Shown: in pieces, positions 14,101 to 27,234 of the stretch | How the letters are laid out: every line of letters begins with the position of its first letter | Position numbering within the stretch: position 1 is the first letter of the stretch | Source: the human T2T-CHM13v2.0 reference genome, Homo sapiens | Assembly (NCBI RefSeq): GCF_009914755.1 | Contig: NC_060928.1 | Direction: 5' to 3' (one strand) | Length of the DNA: 64,000 bases | Made by a program: the position numbers and the translations under genes | Notes under the pieces: generated by a model | Seen by the model: only the letters and a program-made list of their open reading frames with translations | Told to the model about the DNA's origin: nothing | Database searches by the model: none

Positions 14101-14177
14101 TGCCAGCAATCTCCACTAATCGAATATATACTTAGTGTTTCTCTTCTTAACTGAAAAGAGTAGAAAACATCCCTGAA
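14101..14177 (-). repeat. Right arm of 77-bp inverted repeat
   Basis: Reverse complement of 13210-13286. Confidence 0.95.
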
Positions 14178-14340
14178 ATAAAAATGGCCAAACAGAAAAT
14201 ATTAAAAGTCACCGAATCAACAGTAATTAAAGTTTGGAACACAAACCAAACTTTGGTTTGACCAAATACCAGTTTGTGAAGAGGTAATAGAAGCTTAAGA
14301 AAAAAAAAGAATTACTCTGCTACTTATTTAGATAATTGAA

Positions 14341-14401
14341 TATATATATATATATGGTACGTGTATATATATATGGTATATATATATATATGGTATATAT
14401 A
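14341..14401. repeat. Interrupted (TA)n microsatellite
   Basis: TA runs punctuated by TGGTA units. Confidence 0.9.
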
Positions 14402-14402
14402 A

Positions 14403-14757
<355 letters not shown>

Positions 14758-15248
14758 TCATAATACAGTTTTAAAAAATAATGCACAGCATTGTAGTTCA
14801 AGACCCCATGTGTTCCTCAGTGAATTTTGTGCTTAACATTCTGTTGCTTTTCTTTATAAATTTACAATATATTAGTAACCTGTGACTTAATTGCTTCATT
14901 GTACTTTTATTTGAACTTTGTATAATGGTATCTGCTCTATGCATTTTTCTGAGACCTGCCTTTATTTAAAAATTCACATTATATTTTTGACATTCATCCA
15001 TTTGGGTATGTAGAGATGTCATTCATTCATTATTACTGCTATAAATATTTTATTTTGTGACTGTACCACTTCTTATGTATCTGTTCACAATTTGATGGAC
15101 ATATGGAGTTTTTCCAGTCATGTGTTTTCACAAAACCACCGTATATATCTTTGGAAACACATGAGCAAGAGGTTTTGGAGTAAAACTGCTGGGTCAAAGA
15201 ATGTAAACATCTTTTTGGGTACAAGATAATGTCAATTGTTTTCCAGTG

Positions 15249-15601
15249 TGATATGGTTTGGCTGTGTCCCCACCCAAATCTCAGCTTGACTTGTATCTCC
15301 CAGAATTCCCACGTGTATGTGAGGGACCCAGGGGGAGGTAATTGAAACACGGGAGCTGGTCTTTTCTGTGCTATTCTTATGATAGTGAATAAGTCTCACA
15401 AGCTCTGATGGATTTATCAGGGGTTTCCACTTTTGCTTCTTCCTCATTTTCTCTTGCTGCTGCCATGTAAGAAGTTCCTTTCACCTTGCACCGTAATTCT
15501 GAGTCCTCCCCAGCCATGTGGAACTGTAAGTCCAATCAAACCTCTTTTTCTTCCCAGTCTCGTGCATGTCTTTATCAGCAGTGTGAAAACAGACTAATAC
15601 T
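15249..15601 (+). mobile_element. THE1A solo LTR (MaLR)
   Basis: TGATATGGTTTGGCTGTGTCCCCACCCAAATCTC...TTATCAGGGGTTTCC...AGACTAATAC; 5-bp TSD CAGTG at 15244-15248 and 15602-15606. Confidence 0.92.
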
Positions 15602-15956
15602 CAGTGTAAATACACTAATTTACACTCCCACCAGTAATGTAGTGAGTTTCAATTTCTCTACATTCTTAACACTTAGTATTGTAAGACTTTTTAAGTTTTG
15701 CAAATATGAAGATGTGATATGCAGTCTTATTTTGGCTTCTCTGCAATAAATTTGACCTTTTTTAAAAAAAAATCACTGGCATATTTTCTTTTCTATAAAA
15801 TGCATGTGTTTTGCCCATTTTAAATCATATTGTTGGTTTCTCTATCAATTTGTAAAAATAAGGTTTTTTAAAAGATATTTGAGGGACTAATTCATAGTTA
15901 TATGTGGCAAATATCTTCACCCAAATTTTGGCTTGCTTTTCATATGGTTTGAGGTG

Positions 15957-16415
15957 TGTGTGGTTGATAAGAATATTGGTGTCAATTCATCAATCCCCTG
16001 TAATACAGTCATACCCTTTGCCTTGTAACTGTGCGCCCACCTCTAGAGTAGTGAGAGTATGATGTTCTTCCACATGAATGTTGACTTGGTCAAATATCTT
16101 GCTTTGGCTAATGAGATTTAAAAGATGTGACACAAGTATGGACATTAAATGTGCATATGAGGTTCAGCTTGACATCTTGTTTTCCTACCATTCTCCATAA
16201 CAACAGGCCCTAGTTAGCCACTGGTCCAAGGAGGACACATGGAGCAGCCTCAACCCAGTCCCGAGTCTGGAACCAAGCCCAGCTGACTTGGAGCCTGACC
16301 CATGGATTGAGGCTACAGGCCCGTGAACAGGAAAAATAATGCTTGTGGTTATAAGTCATCCGATTGTGATGTGATTTGTTACACCGCATTATTACAACAA
16401 AAGCAGACTAAGTCA
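15957..16415 (+). mobile_element. MaLR solo LTR (MLT1H/I-like)
   Basis: CTTGCTTTGGCTAATGAG, GACACATGGAGCAG, ATTTGTTACACCGCATTATT...AGCAGACTAAGTCA end motif. Confidence 0.7.
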
Positions 16416-17745
16416 GAACTAATGGACAGAAGTCCTTAATTTAATATAGTTGAATTTATCATTGTTTTCCCTGAGGGTTTGCACACTTTTTGTGTTGTTT
16501 AAATTTAGTTTTTGGAATTCTTCCAAAGTCATAAATATGTTCTTTGCATGTTGTTCACAAACATGTTTTCTGTCCCAAGGTAATCAAGATTATGCATTAA
16601 CGTTTACTAACAGCATGGAATTGAATTTATTTAGTGTTTGTGTGAAATAGGACTCAATTTTATTTATATTTTTACATGAATACCATAATTATCTCAGCGC
16701 AAGTGTTCATGCATCCCCCACTAACATAGAATGTTATCTTATTTCCGCAATGTGTTATCTATACCTGTGCCACTACCACATTGTCATAATTCCTGTAGCT
16801 TTTTAGTAAGTCTTTCTATCTGGTAGGGCAAGTCTTCTGTTCTTCTTACTTCAGGATGTGTTAGCTACGTTCGATCCTTCATTTTTCATATGCAGCTTAA
16901 TTGACAGTAAGTCAAATTCCTTAAAAACCCAGATACATGTTGGATGTATGAATGTATTTGGAAATCTGTGACAATTTTGTAGCATGGTTATACTATCCAG
17001 AAGAATCATCTTTTTATGTTGTTTATATTTTATTTAACACGTCTTCATAAAGTTTTATAATTTACTTAAGCTCTTGCACATTTTATTTTAAAAGATTTTT
17101 TCCTGATTACCCTATACTGTGTCTCTATTTTACAAAGTATCTTTTTAAAGTTACTAAATGTTTGTAGTTATCATATGGAAATACAATTAAGTTTCATATT
17201 GATTTTTATCCAATAATTTTCTTAAAATTCATGATTAATTATAATAATTTATCTATATGGTCTTTTAGATTTTCTGATCAGAAATTTATGTCATCCAAGG
17301 TTAATAACTAGATTTTTAAAACTCCTTTCCAATATTTATAATGTTCATTTCTTTCTCTTTTTTCTTATCGTCAAGGGGCCCTCCAGTACAATGTTGAACA
17401 GTAGTAAAATTGTGACCCTCTTTCTTATTCATTAATTTAAAGAAAGTGAATTTAATCTTTCACTATTTAGTATGTTTTCTGTATGATTTTTGTTTTTATT
17501 TATATCAAATTAAATATTTGATATATATTTCTATTTCTATTCTAGGCGCTCTGCAGAGTTGATGAATTTTATTAAATGCTTTTACTGCATCTATTCAAGT
17601 GATGGCATGGGTTTCCCCCTTTAATTTGTAAATGTGGTGAATTACATTAATAGATGTTTTTATAATGTTGACTCAACCCTTCATTCCTTGAATAAAATTA
17701 ATTTGGTCATGACATTGGCTATATGTTATATATATTGCTGAGTCT

Positions 17746-18144
17746 TGTTAAATCAAGTTTAACCTAAAGCTGCCTCCTTATATTTTAAGTTTGGCTTAAA
17801 GGCTTCTCTGTATATGGTGAAATATAGCCTAAATGGAAGTGTAAACAGACGGTAGTCTATGCTTGTGCCAATCACCAAGTTTTGGCTGATCAAATGTGGC
17901 CAACTCTTTGAACCATATTCAAATAAGGCAAACACTGAGCTATAACCAATCCAGCTGTTTCTGTATGTCACTTCCATTTTCTGTACATCACTTTCCTTTT
18001 TCTGTTCATAAATTTTCTTTCACCACGTGGCTGTGCTGGAATCTCTGAGCCTACTCTGGCTCAGGAGGCTGCCTGACTCATGAATTGTTCATTGCTCAAT
18101 TAAACACTTTTAAAGTTAATTCAGCTGAAGTTTTTCTTTTAACA
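17746..18144 (+). mobile_element. 5' LTR (MER57A/B-like), 399 bp
   Basis: TGTTAAATCAAGTTTAACCTAAAGCTGCCTCC start; CCAAT boxes; CACGTG at 18024-18029; ATTAAA poly(A) signal; ends TTTTAACA. Confidence 0.92.
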
Positions 18145-18146
18145 GA

Positions 18147-18164
18147 TGGTTTCTGAAGTGAGAT
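18147..18164 (+). promoter_or_regulatory. Primer-binding site, tRNA-Leu-like
   Basis: TGGTTTCTGAAGTGAGAT, 2 nt after the LTR; 15/18 match to TGGTGTCAGAAGTGGGAT (complement of a tRNA-Leu 3' end). Confidence 0.7.
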
Positions 18165-18638
18165 CAGAAGTAGAGCTTCTAATGACCCCCAGAAGCACTG
18201 AGTGACCAAGTGACATACCTGCCAGGCCCATTGTGTCCATCGCTCTCAGAGCAGCTGGGGATTGTGGTAAGTTCTTTCTCAGATTCCAAAGCTCTATGGA
18301 TTTGTGTTTTGAGCTCTCCGAATTTATTTGAGCAAATTTCTAATCCAAACTGGCTTGGAAGTCATGACAGAAACTGGACTAGGTCTAGGATTGGATTGGA
18401 TCCAGTGATTAACTGACTTGGATCCAGTTAGAGGCCTCTTACATCTGACTGGGTCAGAAAGAAACCAGTAGTATATGGCAATATTGCATGGGGTGTAAAA
18501 TTTGGCTTTTGGAAATTCACAGGAATTTTTGTGTTCTATCCCTTTGTTTCATTTTTCATGTGTACTTAGGTAGGAAAAAAAATCATTGGCTAAATTGATC
18601 AAGGGAACCTGAGCGCAAAACCAGTATCTTAGCTAAAA

Positions 18639-18870
18639 ATGGGATCCTTAATTTCTGAAGAACTAATTTCCTTTTGGCTGATACATGCATAAGTGTTAGG
18701 CCCTGGAAGCAGCAAAGTCTTACAGAAATGGTGAAATCTTACTAAAGATAACTTAGAATGGAATGTTCCAATTGAACAACACTGAACTGAAGTGCATTTA
18801 AAAATGAGGGCTCCCAAATTAGTCTTATCTAGGGATGCCTATTGATATGCAGAAACTTCTAAAAAGATTT
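18639..18870 (+). pseudogene. gag: Degraded gag matrix remnant
   Basis: ATG-GGA (Met-Gly) downstream of the PBS and a splice donor (GTG|GTAAGT at 18267); frameshifted peptide LQKW*NLTKDNLEW resembles class I matrix. Confidence 0.4.
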
Positions 18871-21429
18871 CAGTATTTCTATTTAAAATTTCTATTTAAA
18901 TTTCTATTTACAAAAGGCAAATGAAAATCTTAAACAACTGATTTTTTAAAAAATTAAATCTGCTAAACTTTTGACTTGGTTACTATCCTAACCCAAATAA
19001 ATAGACTGCAGTACCAATTGGCTGACTTTGGGTAAATGGTGGGGTATATTTTACCCAGGTAAAGGATGGGAGTGGATCAGAGGCCCAAATTGGGAAGTTT
19101 TAGAGTCCCTCCTAAGACATAGCTGGGATTAGAGGGCCCTCCCCTCAGTAAAGTCTCTGTTAGTTAAAAATGGATTTGACATTATGGGACGTTAACCACT
19201 ATTCTCTTTGGATTAATCTGCCTTGCTTTCTTTGCTGCTGGCAGTGGATGACAGGATTAGGCAAGTACAGGATCATGGGACATGGGGAACCTTTTCTCCC
19301 CAATCGGGGAAACTTGAGAGCTGATGGGACTGCTGAAAATGATCCCTCCCTTCGTGACAGACAAGCAGTTGCATGCAATTTTGTTTCAGTGTTGCTGCAA
19401 TGGGTGGACCTTTCTCTGGCCTCCCTGAGCTCTTTGCCTTCCCCACCACACCACAGAGATTGCTTTTCTTTCTTTCTTTCTCTCCTTTCCCTTTCCCGTC
19501 TTTTCTGTTATTCAGGGCAACCATCTTGCCCAGAGACTACATGTTGAAACTCCTGGCTGCAGGTCATTCCACCCCACTCTAAATGGATTAAAGATGACAC
19601 AGCCCAACCAGGGGCAAGTTTGAGCCTTGCCAGTTTGATGGGCACCAAGAGCAGAGGCTAATGTCTATTTTGTCACACCCATTTTGCTCTGGCCAGAATG
19701 GAAAATGTTAATTGGGTTACCCCATGCAATCCCTCAGGCAGCATCTTACAAAATTGAGAGGCTTTTGCCTGTGGTTCCACGAAACAAAAAAGGATAATTT
19801 TCCTTTGTGTTGCAGCTTGGCTCCCAGAGCTATGGTGCAAAAGGCGGGGTCGCTAGGGCCACTCAGGGAAAGAGAACCCAGAAACATGGCATGCTGACAA
19901 AAGGGTAAGAATTTCTTAATAGTCAGACTTCTGGCCTCTCTCCCTTTGTGCAATTGTAGGAATGGTAAAAATTACTATCTCCTCTGCAAAGCTTTAATTA
20001 ATGAGAAAAAGGATTTGTGAGGCTAGTCTTAAGTTGTAGTGAATCTGGTGTAGTTTATGCTGTGAATTTGTCTTTCTGTGTTGTTCTGTCATAAAAAACG
20101 GGTACCATAGGATAGAATGTGGGCCTACGACCCCCATAAGCTCCCTGTTTAAGCCATCCTGGCAAACTGGTCAGTTACAAACTTTGTGGCAAGTCTCTGA
20201 AACAAAAATAAAACTGGACGTCTTGTTTTATATCCTCGGGAGCTTGACCTTGTAACCACATGGCAGTACTTTCTCTTGGTCTCGTCCATCCAGGGAACAG
20301 GAATTTTGGGGTTCATGTCATAGCTGGCTCTAAAATATCTTGAGCAGTTAAAAGCCGTTGCAAGATCAAAATTGACTGCTCTAGACTCCTTCTGGGAAGA
20401 GCAATGGAAACTGCCCAGTGCTGTAGCTTAGTGCCTAAGGCTTTGTCTTTTCCCAGTGACAGTCAAGGTTCAATTCCTGGCTTAAGGAATGAGTCTTTTT
20501 GGTTTGATATCTTTGTGACCTTTGCCACTTATTGAGTCTCTTCCCCACCATGAACAACTTCTCTTCTTGTCTTGAATTTTCCTTTCTCTGAGCACCTGGG
20601 AGGTTACCTTTGGTAAAGGTCAAAAGCAAGAAATATTTGCTGCTTGTTCTGGCTAAAGTCTGGTAATAAGATATTTGGTTTAAAACTCAGCTTAATTAAA
20701 AACAGATATTCAAGCTATAAATATATGTAAAAGTGCTTTACAGTTTTTTCTCTTCTTAGATCTTGTTTTTCTGGGGAAAAATAGTTTCATTGCTTTTCAG
20801 TCAATTGAATTGTTTTTCTCCATTTTGCCTTTTTGCCACTCTTCATGCACACATGAGAGGACCTAGGATAATTTCTCACACTCTGGGACTCCTTGGGAAA
20901 AACAAAGGAGGCACCACAGACCCCGTTTTGGGAAAAACCTCTGTTTTCCTCATGAAACCCCAGGAATTAAAGCAGATAAATCCCTCTCACAATCTAAAGC
21001 TAAATATACTTTTGGGGATGGCAAATGGCAGTGATAGGAGGATACTCGGCTCTTTGCTAGTTTGGGTCAGAGAAGCATGCTCTTGGCCACCTATTGAAAT
21101 GTCCCCATCCCCATCCCCCACCGAGAGATAAGACTGCAAAGGGAGATGGACTGATCACAGAGTGCGCTGATCGGCTTTCAAATGCTTTGCAATGAAATGC
21201 ACACTAAAATCATTGCACTGTCTTGTTCCATAGCATTTCTCCTTTGGGGATCCAGGATCTGGTGTAAAAGTAGGACCCTGAATTTGGGGGGATCTATTTT
21301 GCCTTGCATCTATGCGTGCCTATTAGGCCCTAGAAACTGCATGTTTTCCTCATTCTGTTTCTCAGAGGACCCCACCATGAAGCCAGTAATCCAATTAAGA
21401 AGTTTAAAAACTGGCAAATAAAAACTCCT

Positions 21430-21726
21430 GGCCAGGTGAGGTGGCTCACACCTGTAATCCCAGCACTTTGGGAGGCCGAGGCGAGCAGATCATGAGGTCA
21501 GGATATCAAGACCATCCTGGCTAACACGGTGAAACCCCATCTCTACTAAAAATACAAAATTTAGCTGGGCATGGTGGTGGGCGCCTGTAGTCCCAGCTAC
21601 TCGGGAGGCTGAGGCAGGAGAATGGTGTGAACCTGGGAGTGGAGTTTGCAGTGAGCCGAGATAGTGCCACTGTACTTCAGCCTGGGCAAGACTCCCTCTC
21701 AAAAAAAAAAAAAAAAAAAAAAAAAA
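21430..21726 (+). mobile_element. AluY-like inserted in the ERV internal region
   Basis: CTGGCTAACACGGTGAAACCCC, GAATGGTGTGAACCTGGGAG, long pure A-tail. Confidence 0.93.
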
Positions 21727-23152
21727 CACTTGCAAATACTGCTGGATCTTCTTCTGTATATGTATTTATATGTGTCATGCATGTGATGTTTATATGAAAA
21801 AGGTCTGATTAATTGGCTTAAAAATAATAAGCAATTAAATATTTTGTCAGAAAAATAAAAACTGTACTGCCTTTAAGTTCACATGACTTTAATAAGCTTT
21901 GGGAAATAAAGAGTTTTAAAGATTACTGGTAAAATAAAGACATTTGGTCTAAATTAGGCAGGTCAGATACTAGGTTTCCTAAATGCTTAAAGGTCATAAA
22001 CTGCCTCTCTGACTTCAACTTTACCTGCTTTGGAACATTAGATTCTAGGTAAGACGTGGGGACATGTGGAGTTAGCCATGCCCCCTGGCTATGCTGGAAA
22101 GAATCAAACCTTATCTGCATTTCTCTCTGGTATCATAGGCTGCACACCTACTGCACATTAAAATTACTTACTTATCAGGTTTTTCAACAAAAATAAAAAT
22201 TGCTAAGAATTATCATTGTAATATGTAATTGAGACTACTAAAATAACAATTTTATAAGCAAGGTATGTGAGGAAAGTGAAATGTGCTTTTGGTAAAAGAC
22301 TAAGAAGGCCTGGGAACATGGATTTTTATTGCCTAGATTAAAGGGTTAAAAGATTATTTTAAGTTAGATAGAATTAAGCTGAAGGTTTGAGCAGGTTGTA
22401 GAAATTTGTGAAAGATTTTCTTGTAAAAGAAGTTTTGTGTGTGAACAGATTGCTTAAAGTTAAAGAGGTATTATTCAGTTTTCCCATAAATTGAACATTA
22501 AAATAAAAGCACACTGATGCAAGGCTTGAATCAGGGCCTACTTTTCTGAATGACAGGGTTTTCTTAGAGCATTGTTTTGCTTTTTAACATAAAATTGTAA
22601 AGAGTTATAGATGGTTTATGAGAATCTTACCTCATGGTCAAACTGATTAAAATTGGATAGATTTGTCTATAAGATTTTATTAAAAATTGGGGTTGAAATT
22701 AAAAGTATACTAATCCAAGGGTAAAATTTGACTTTCTCTCTTGAACAAGATTTTCATGTCATATTAAAGGATAATGAAATATTTTTGTTTGCCTTTTGAA
22801 TAAACTATAGGAAAAAGGAAAGAAAGACAAGAGACATTGTTTGGAAAGTGAAGTCTTCCCTCTATCAATGAACAAAGGTTTTTGACTTTTTAAAATTTTT
22901 GAGTTATCATTTTGACTAAATGAATGACTTATGGTGACCTGGAATTCTATTTCATATTATCAAGTGTTTTAAGCCTTTAACATATTTGACAGGCTTCCCA
23001 TAATCAAATTTTAGCTTCAACATTAAGTCTTTTTTGACCTCTAACCCTGGGATGCTGCGGAGGGCCCCTGAAGCATCCAAAAGAGAGAGAAACAGTGTTA
23101 TTTGACATGTTAAGTTCCATGGGAAGCATTGTCAAAATAAGAAATAATACTT

Positions 23153-23440
23153 GGCTGAGCATGGTGGCTCATGCCTGTAATCCCAACACTTCGGGAGGCT
23201 GAAGTGGGTGGATCATGAGGTCAGGAGTTCAAGACCAGCCTAGACAAGATGGTGAAACCGTGTCTCCACTAAAAATACAAAAATTAGCTGGGTATGATGG
23301 TGGGTGCCTGTAATCCCAGCTACTCAGGAGGCTGAGGCAGAGAATTGCTTGAACCCAGGAGGCGGAAGTTGTAATGAGCTGAGATTGCGCCACTGCACTC
23401 CAACCTGAGCAACAGAGCAAGACTCCATCTCAAAAAGAAA
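23153..23440 (+). mobile_element. Alu (AluSg-like) in the ERV internal region
   Basis: Full Alu; TSD AAGAAA(T/G)AA(T/C)ACTT. Confidence 0.93.
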
Positions 23441-23465
23441 AAGAAAGAACACTTAACCTTCAGGA

Positions 23466-23847
<382 letters not shown>

Positions 23848-24479
23848 TAGGTTATATTTTAGTGAATGATATTAATATATGTTCCAAAATTGTATGAGAT
23901 TTCTAAAATACTAGTATGTCTGAGTATATGCTATCAATCATAATTATGTTTATTATGTTATTGTAGACTACAGAAATCACCAAATTTCCTTGTCAAATGT
24001 GTCTTTAGCTGTGACTATTTAAAGTCATTTCTATAGTTAATTGCTTAATTCTGATGCAGTTTCTGAAAACTTCAAAGCACACAAAATCCTAGAATATGGT
24101 ATATTTTAGGAGGTTCCTGAATGGATGGAAAGGACCCTGAAAAGTACTCTTGAATACAGGTTTCTGACAATTTTAGGATCATATCATTTGGACTGGGTAA
24201 GAATTCCTGGAACTTTAATGAAAAAAAACTGACTGTTTTATAAAACTGCTAACCCAAGTAGAACAAAAACTAATTGAATACCACGAAAATATTTTGCCAC
24301 ATTTTCATGCTAAATCAGCCAGTACTGAAATGGTTTATATATACAAGTTGAAAGACCTCCATGATCTAAGGCAAATTACCTATGATAACCCATCGGTTTC
24401 AGTGCTATGCACCTAAATTGGAGAGACAACTGGTATTCTCTGCAAGAGGACACAAATCCAGTGTTAATGATGGACTCAT

Positions 24480-25075
24480 AGAGAACCTGGACAGCTGCCT
24501 CATCCTTCCTGAGTACTTAAAGCTTCTGTTATTAAAAGTTCTGCATTCCATGACTCATCATGGAAGAGATAAAATAATCCAAATTAAATACATATTGGTG
24601 TGATGGCTTCTAAATTGCTAAAATAGTTTATGACCAATGTTTGGTTTGTCAAACCCATATTCCTGGGAAGACAATCAAAGCTTCAAGTAGATTCTGCTAC
24701 CTGATGGGCCACTTAAACATTTATAGAGGGATTTCATTCAATTGTCATTTTCAAAGCATATGTTCTGGTTGTATAAAAGCTTTCCCATGCAAGAGAGCCG
24801 ATGTTATAACAGATTATTATGCCACAGTGTATTTCACCAGGTAAAGAAAGCTTTTTATGGTTCACTGACTGAATATAATCAATCAACCCCTTCACAGTCT
24901 AGAACACGAAGATTGGATCTTCTGAGAACATCAGAGAAAGACTGCCCTTGCCGTCCACACCACAGTAAAACTTTGGGACCTTGAACCTTGGGTTCATAAT
25001 CTCGCAACTGACAAGGGCCCTTCCGCATTCTTGGAACTGTACACCCATTGGCACTCTTAAGCTAAAGCTAACCAG
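24480..25075 (+). pseudogene. pol: Degraded retroviral integrase remnant
   Basis: Frameshifted motifs LHSMTHHGRDK + CLVCQTH (HHCC zinc finger), GPLKHL*RDFIQL, SGCIKAFPCKRAD, then C-terminal-like LHSLEHEDWIF and HTTVKLWDLEPWVH. Confidence 0.8.
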
Positions 25076-25405
25076 AGGAGTTTCTTTTCAGAAAAAGATG
25101 GCATCCTTGATGTGAACAGCTTTTTCCCAAGACTACAGATCAAGACTTCTCTACCACCATGAGACACTTATCTTTGATTTTTTCCCTTGGTTATGCCTCT
25201 ATGAACAATAAAAGTGGAAAGGGGGTCTGTTGTGTGCACTCATGGGGTGTAGTTTTATTTGTGAAGGATTTTTCAGCCAGCCTTATACATGGATAACCTT
25301 ATAACTCGATAGATGGAAGGTGAAGGCCCAATGTAGATGAGAAATTTTAATGGTGCCTATGTTGCCTCATAGGCAGTCAAAAACAGAGCATTGGCTCACT
25401 CCTCA

Positions 25406-25706
<301 letters not shown>

Positions 25707-26184
25707 GTCTCACTCCTTTTAACCTATGTCATGGGTTAAAGAGCACATTGCCTCCAGGCAATGTTCTCTTCTAGAAGGGCATCATTTATTAGGTCATTTT
25801 TTCCATTATTTGGAGAAAAAGAGGCAACGATTAGAAATGTATCCCTCATGATAGGCTCCATAGCAGATTCTACTGTAAGGGCTATGGATACGCAAGATAC
25901 TTTAAATTCTCTTGTGAAAGTTATGCTAAGTAATAGAATTTCTCTAGATTACTTACTGGCTAAACACAGAAGTATCCGTTCAGCTGCTGGCCCTTGTGGC
26001 CTATGGAAAAATACATCACATCCAATATATTATAGGGATTCAATTGTAAGATATTAATGCAGAGACTGTTAAGTGAGTAGACTTTTTAGCTCATTCTTTG
26101 ATCCATTTGATTTTAGATGGTTTGGTTTATGGGGACCCTGGGTAAGACACATACTCCAAACTCGTGATATTATCCTCCCCAATG

Positions 26185-26256
26185 ATAGTAGTATATAGTA
26201 CTAATAGTAATAATAACAGTAATAATAGTAACAGTAACTAACAGTAATAATAGTAG
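26185..26256. repeat. Degenerate (TAR/CAG)n triplet tract
   Basis: TAGTAGTATATAGTACTAATAGTAATAATAACAGTAATAATAGTAACAGTAAC... Confidence 0.8.
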
Positions 26257-26854
26257 TCTCCTTGGTGCGCTGTATTCTTTCAAAGTTTTTAAATGTTTGT
26301 ATGCAGCCGTCTCTAGAATGTCCAATGGTCTCTCTTCAATTGGAAAGACAAGAGCTGAAAGAATGTGTGACCATGAGGGCACCATAACCTATGAATGACT
26401 GGAAACCAAAAATGATGGTGACTGAGGGTGGTGCTAAGACCCTAAGTTTTGGTCACACTCTCACCTAAATGAGAACCTGACAAAAAGGGGGAAATTTTTA
26501 AACAAAATTATGGGAGGCCATTGTTTTGGACTGAGCTTATGCACTAGGTCCAAAAAGACCAGACCAAACCAAAATGGAGTCACTTGTGCTAAATATGACA
26601 TAATCAAAGTAAGACTTTAAGGAAACTCCTAGATCCTAGAACAAACCAGGTTTTGTTTTTTCTCTTGTAAACAGGACGTTCCAGCATAAGGAGGTACTCT
26701 CTACTGTAACCCTTAAAAAAATAAGCTGAAGCACACCCAGCTTGCAAAAACCCACTGTTCTTCTGTTTCCCAGTGGGTGTCAAGACTGAATAAGTACTTT
26801 TATGATGGCAATAATGACATCAGTGACTTGAGTCAATTTTGAGAGGATGACCAT

Positions 26855-26865
26855 AAGGGGGGAAT
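26855..26865 (+). promoter_or_regulatory. Polypurine tract
   Basis: AAGGGGGGAAT immediately before the 3' LTR TG. Confidence 0.85.
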
Positions 26866-27234
26866 TGTTAATTCAAGTTTAACCTGAAGCTGCCTCTTAC
26901 ATATTTTAAGTTGAGCCTAAAGATTTTCCTGTACATAGTGAACTATAGCCTAAATGGAAGTGTAAACAGACTCTAGTCTACTCATGCCAATCACTAAGTT
27001 TTGGCCAATCCAATGTGGCCAACTGTTTGAACCATGTTCAAATAAACCCTGAGCTATAACCAATCCAGCTGTTTCTGTATGTCACTTCCGTTTTCTGTCC
27101 ATAAATCTTCCACCACGTGGCTGTGCTGGAGTCTCTGAGTCTACTCTGTGTCCGGAGGCTGCCCAATTTGTGAATCATTCTTTGCTCAATTAAACTCTTC
27201 TAAATTTTATTCAGCTGAAGTTTTTCTTTTAACA
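26866..27234 (+). mobile_element. 3' LTR (MER57A/B-like), 369 bp
   Basis: Homologous to 17746-18144 (roughly 90% by eye over the first 220 nt) with small deletions; CACGTG at 27114-27119. Confidence 0.92.

Noticed and set aside
13210-14177. Inverted repeat as the terminal repeats of a DNA transposon
   Set aside because: No TSD, no hAT/TcMar-type termini and no transposase relic; kept only as an unexplained inverted repeat.
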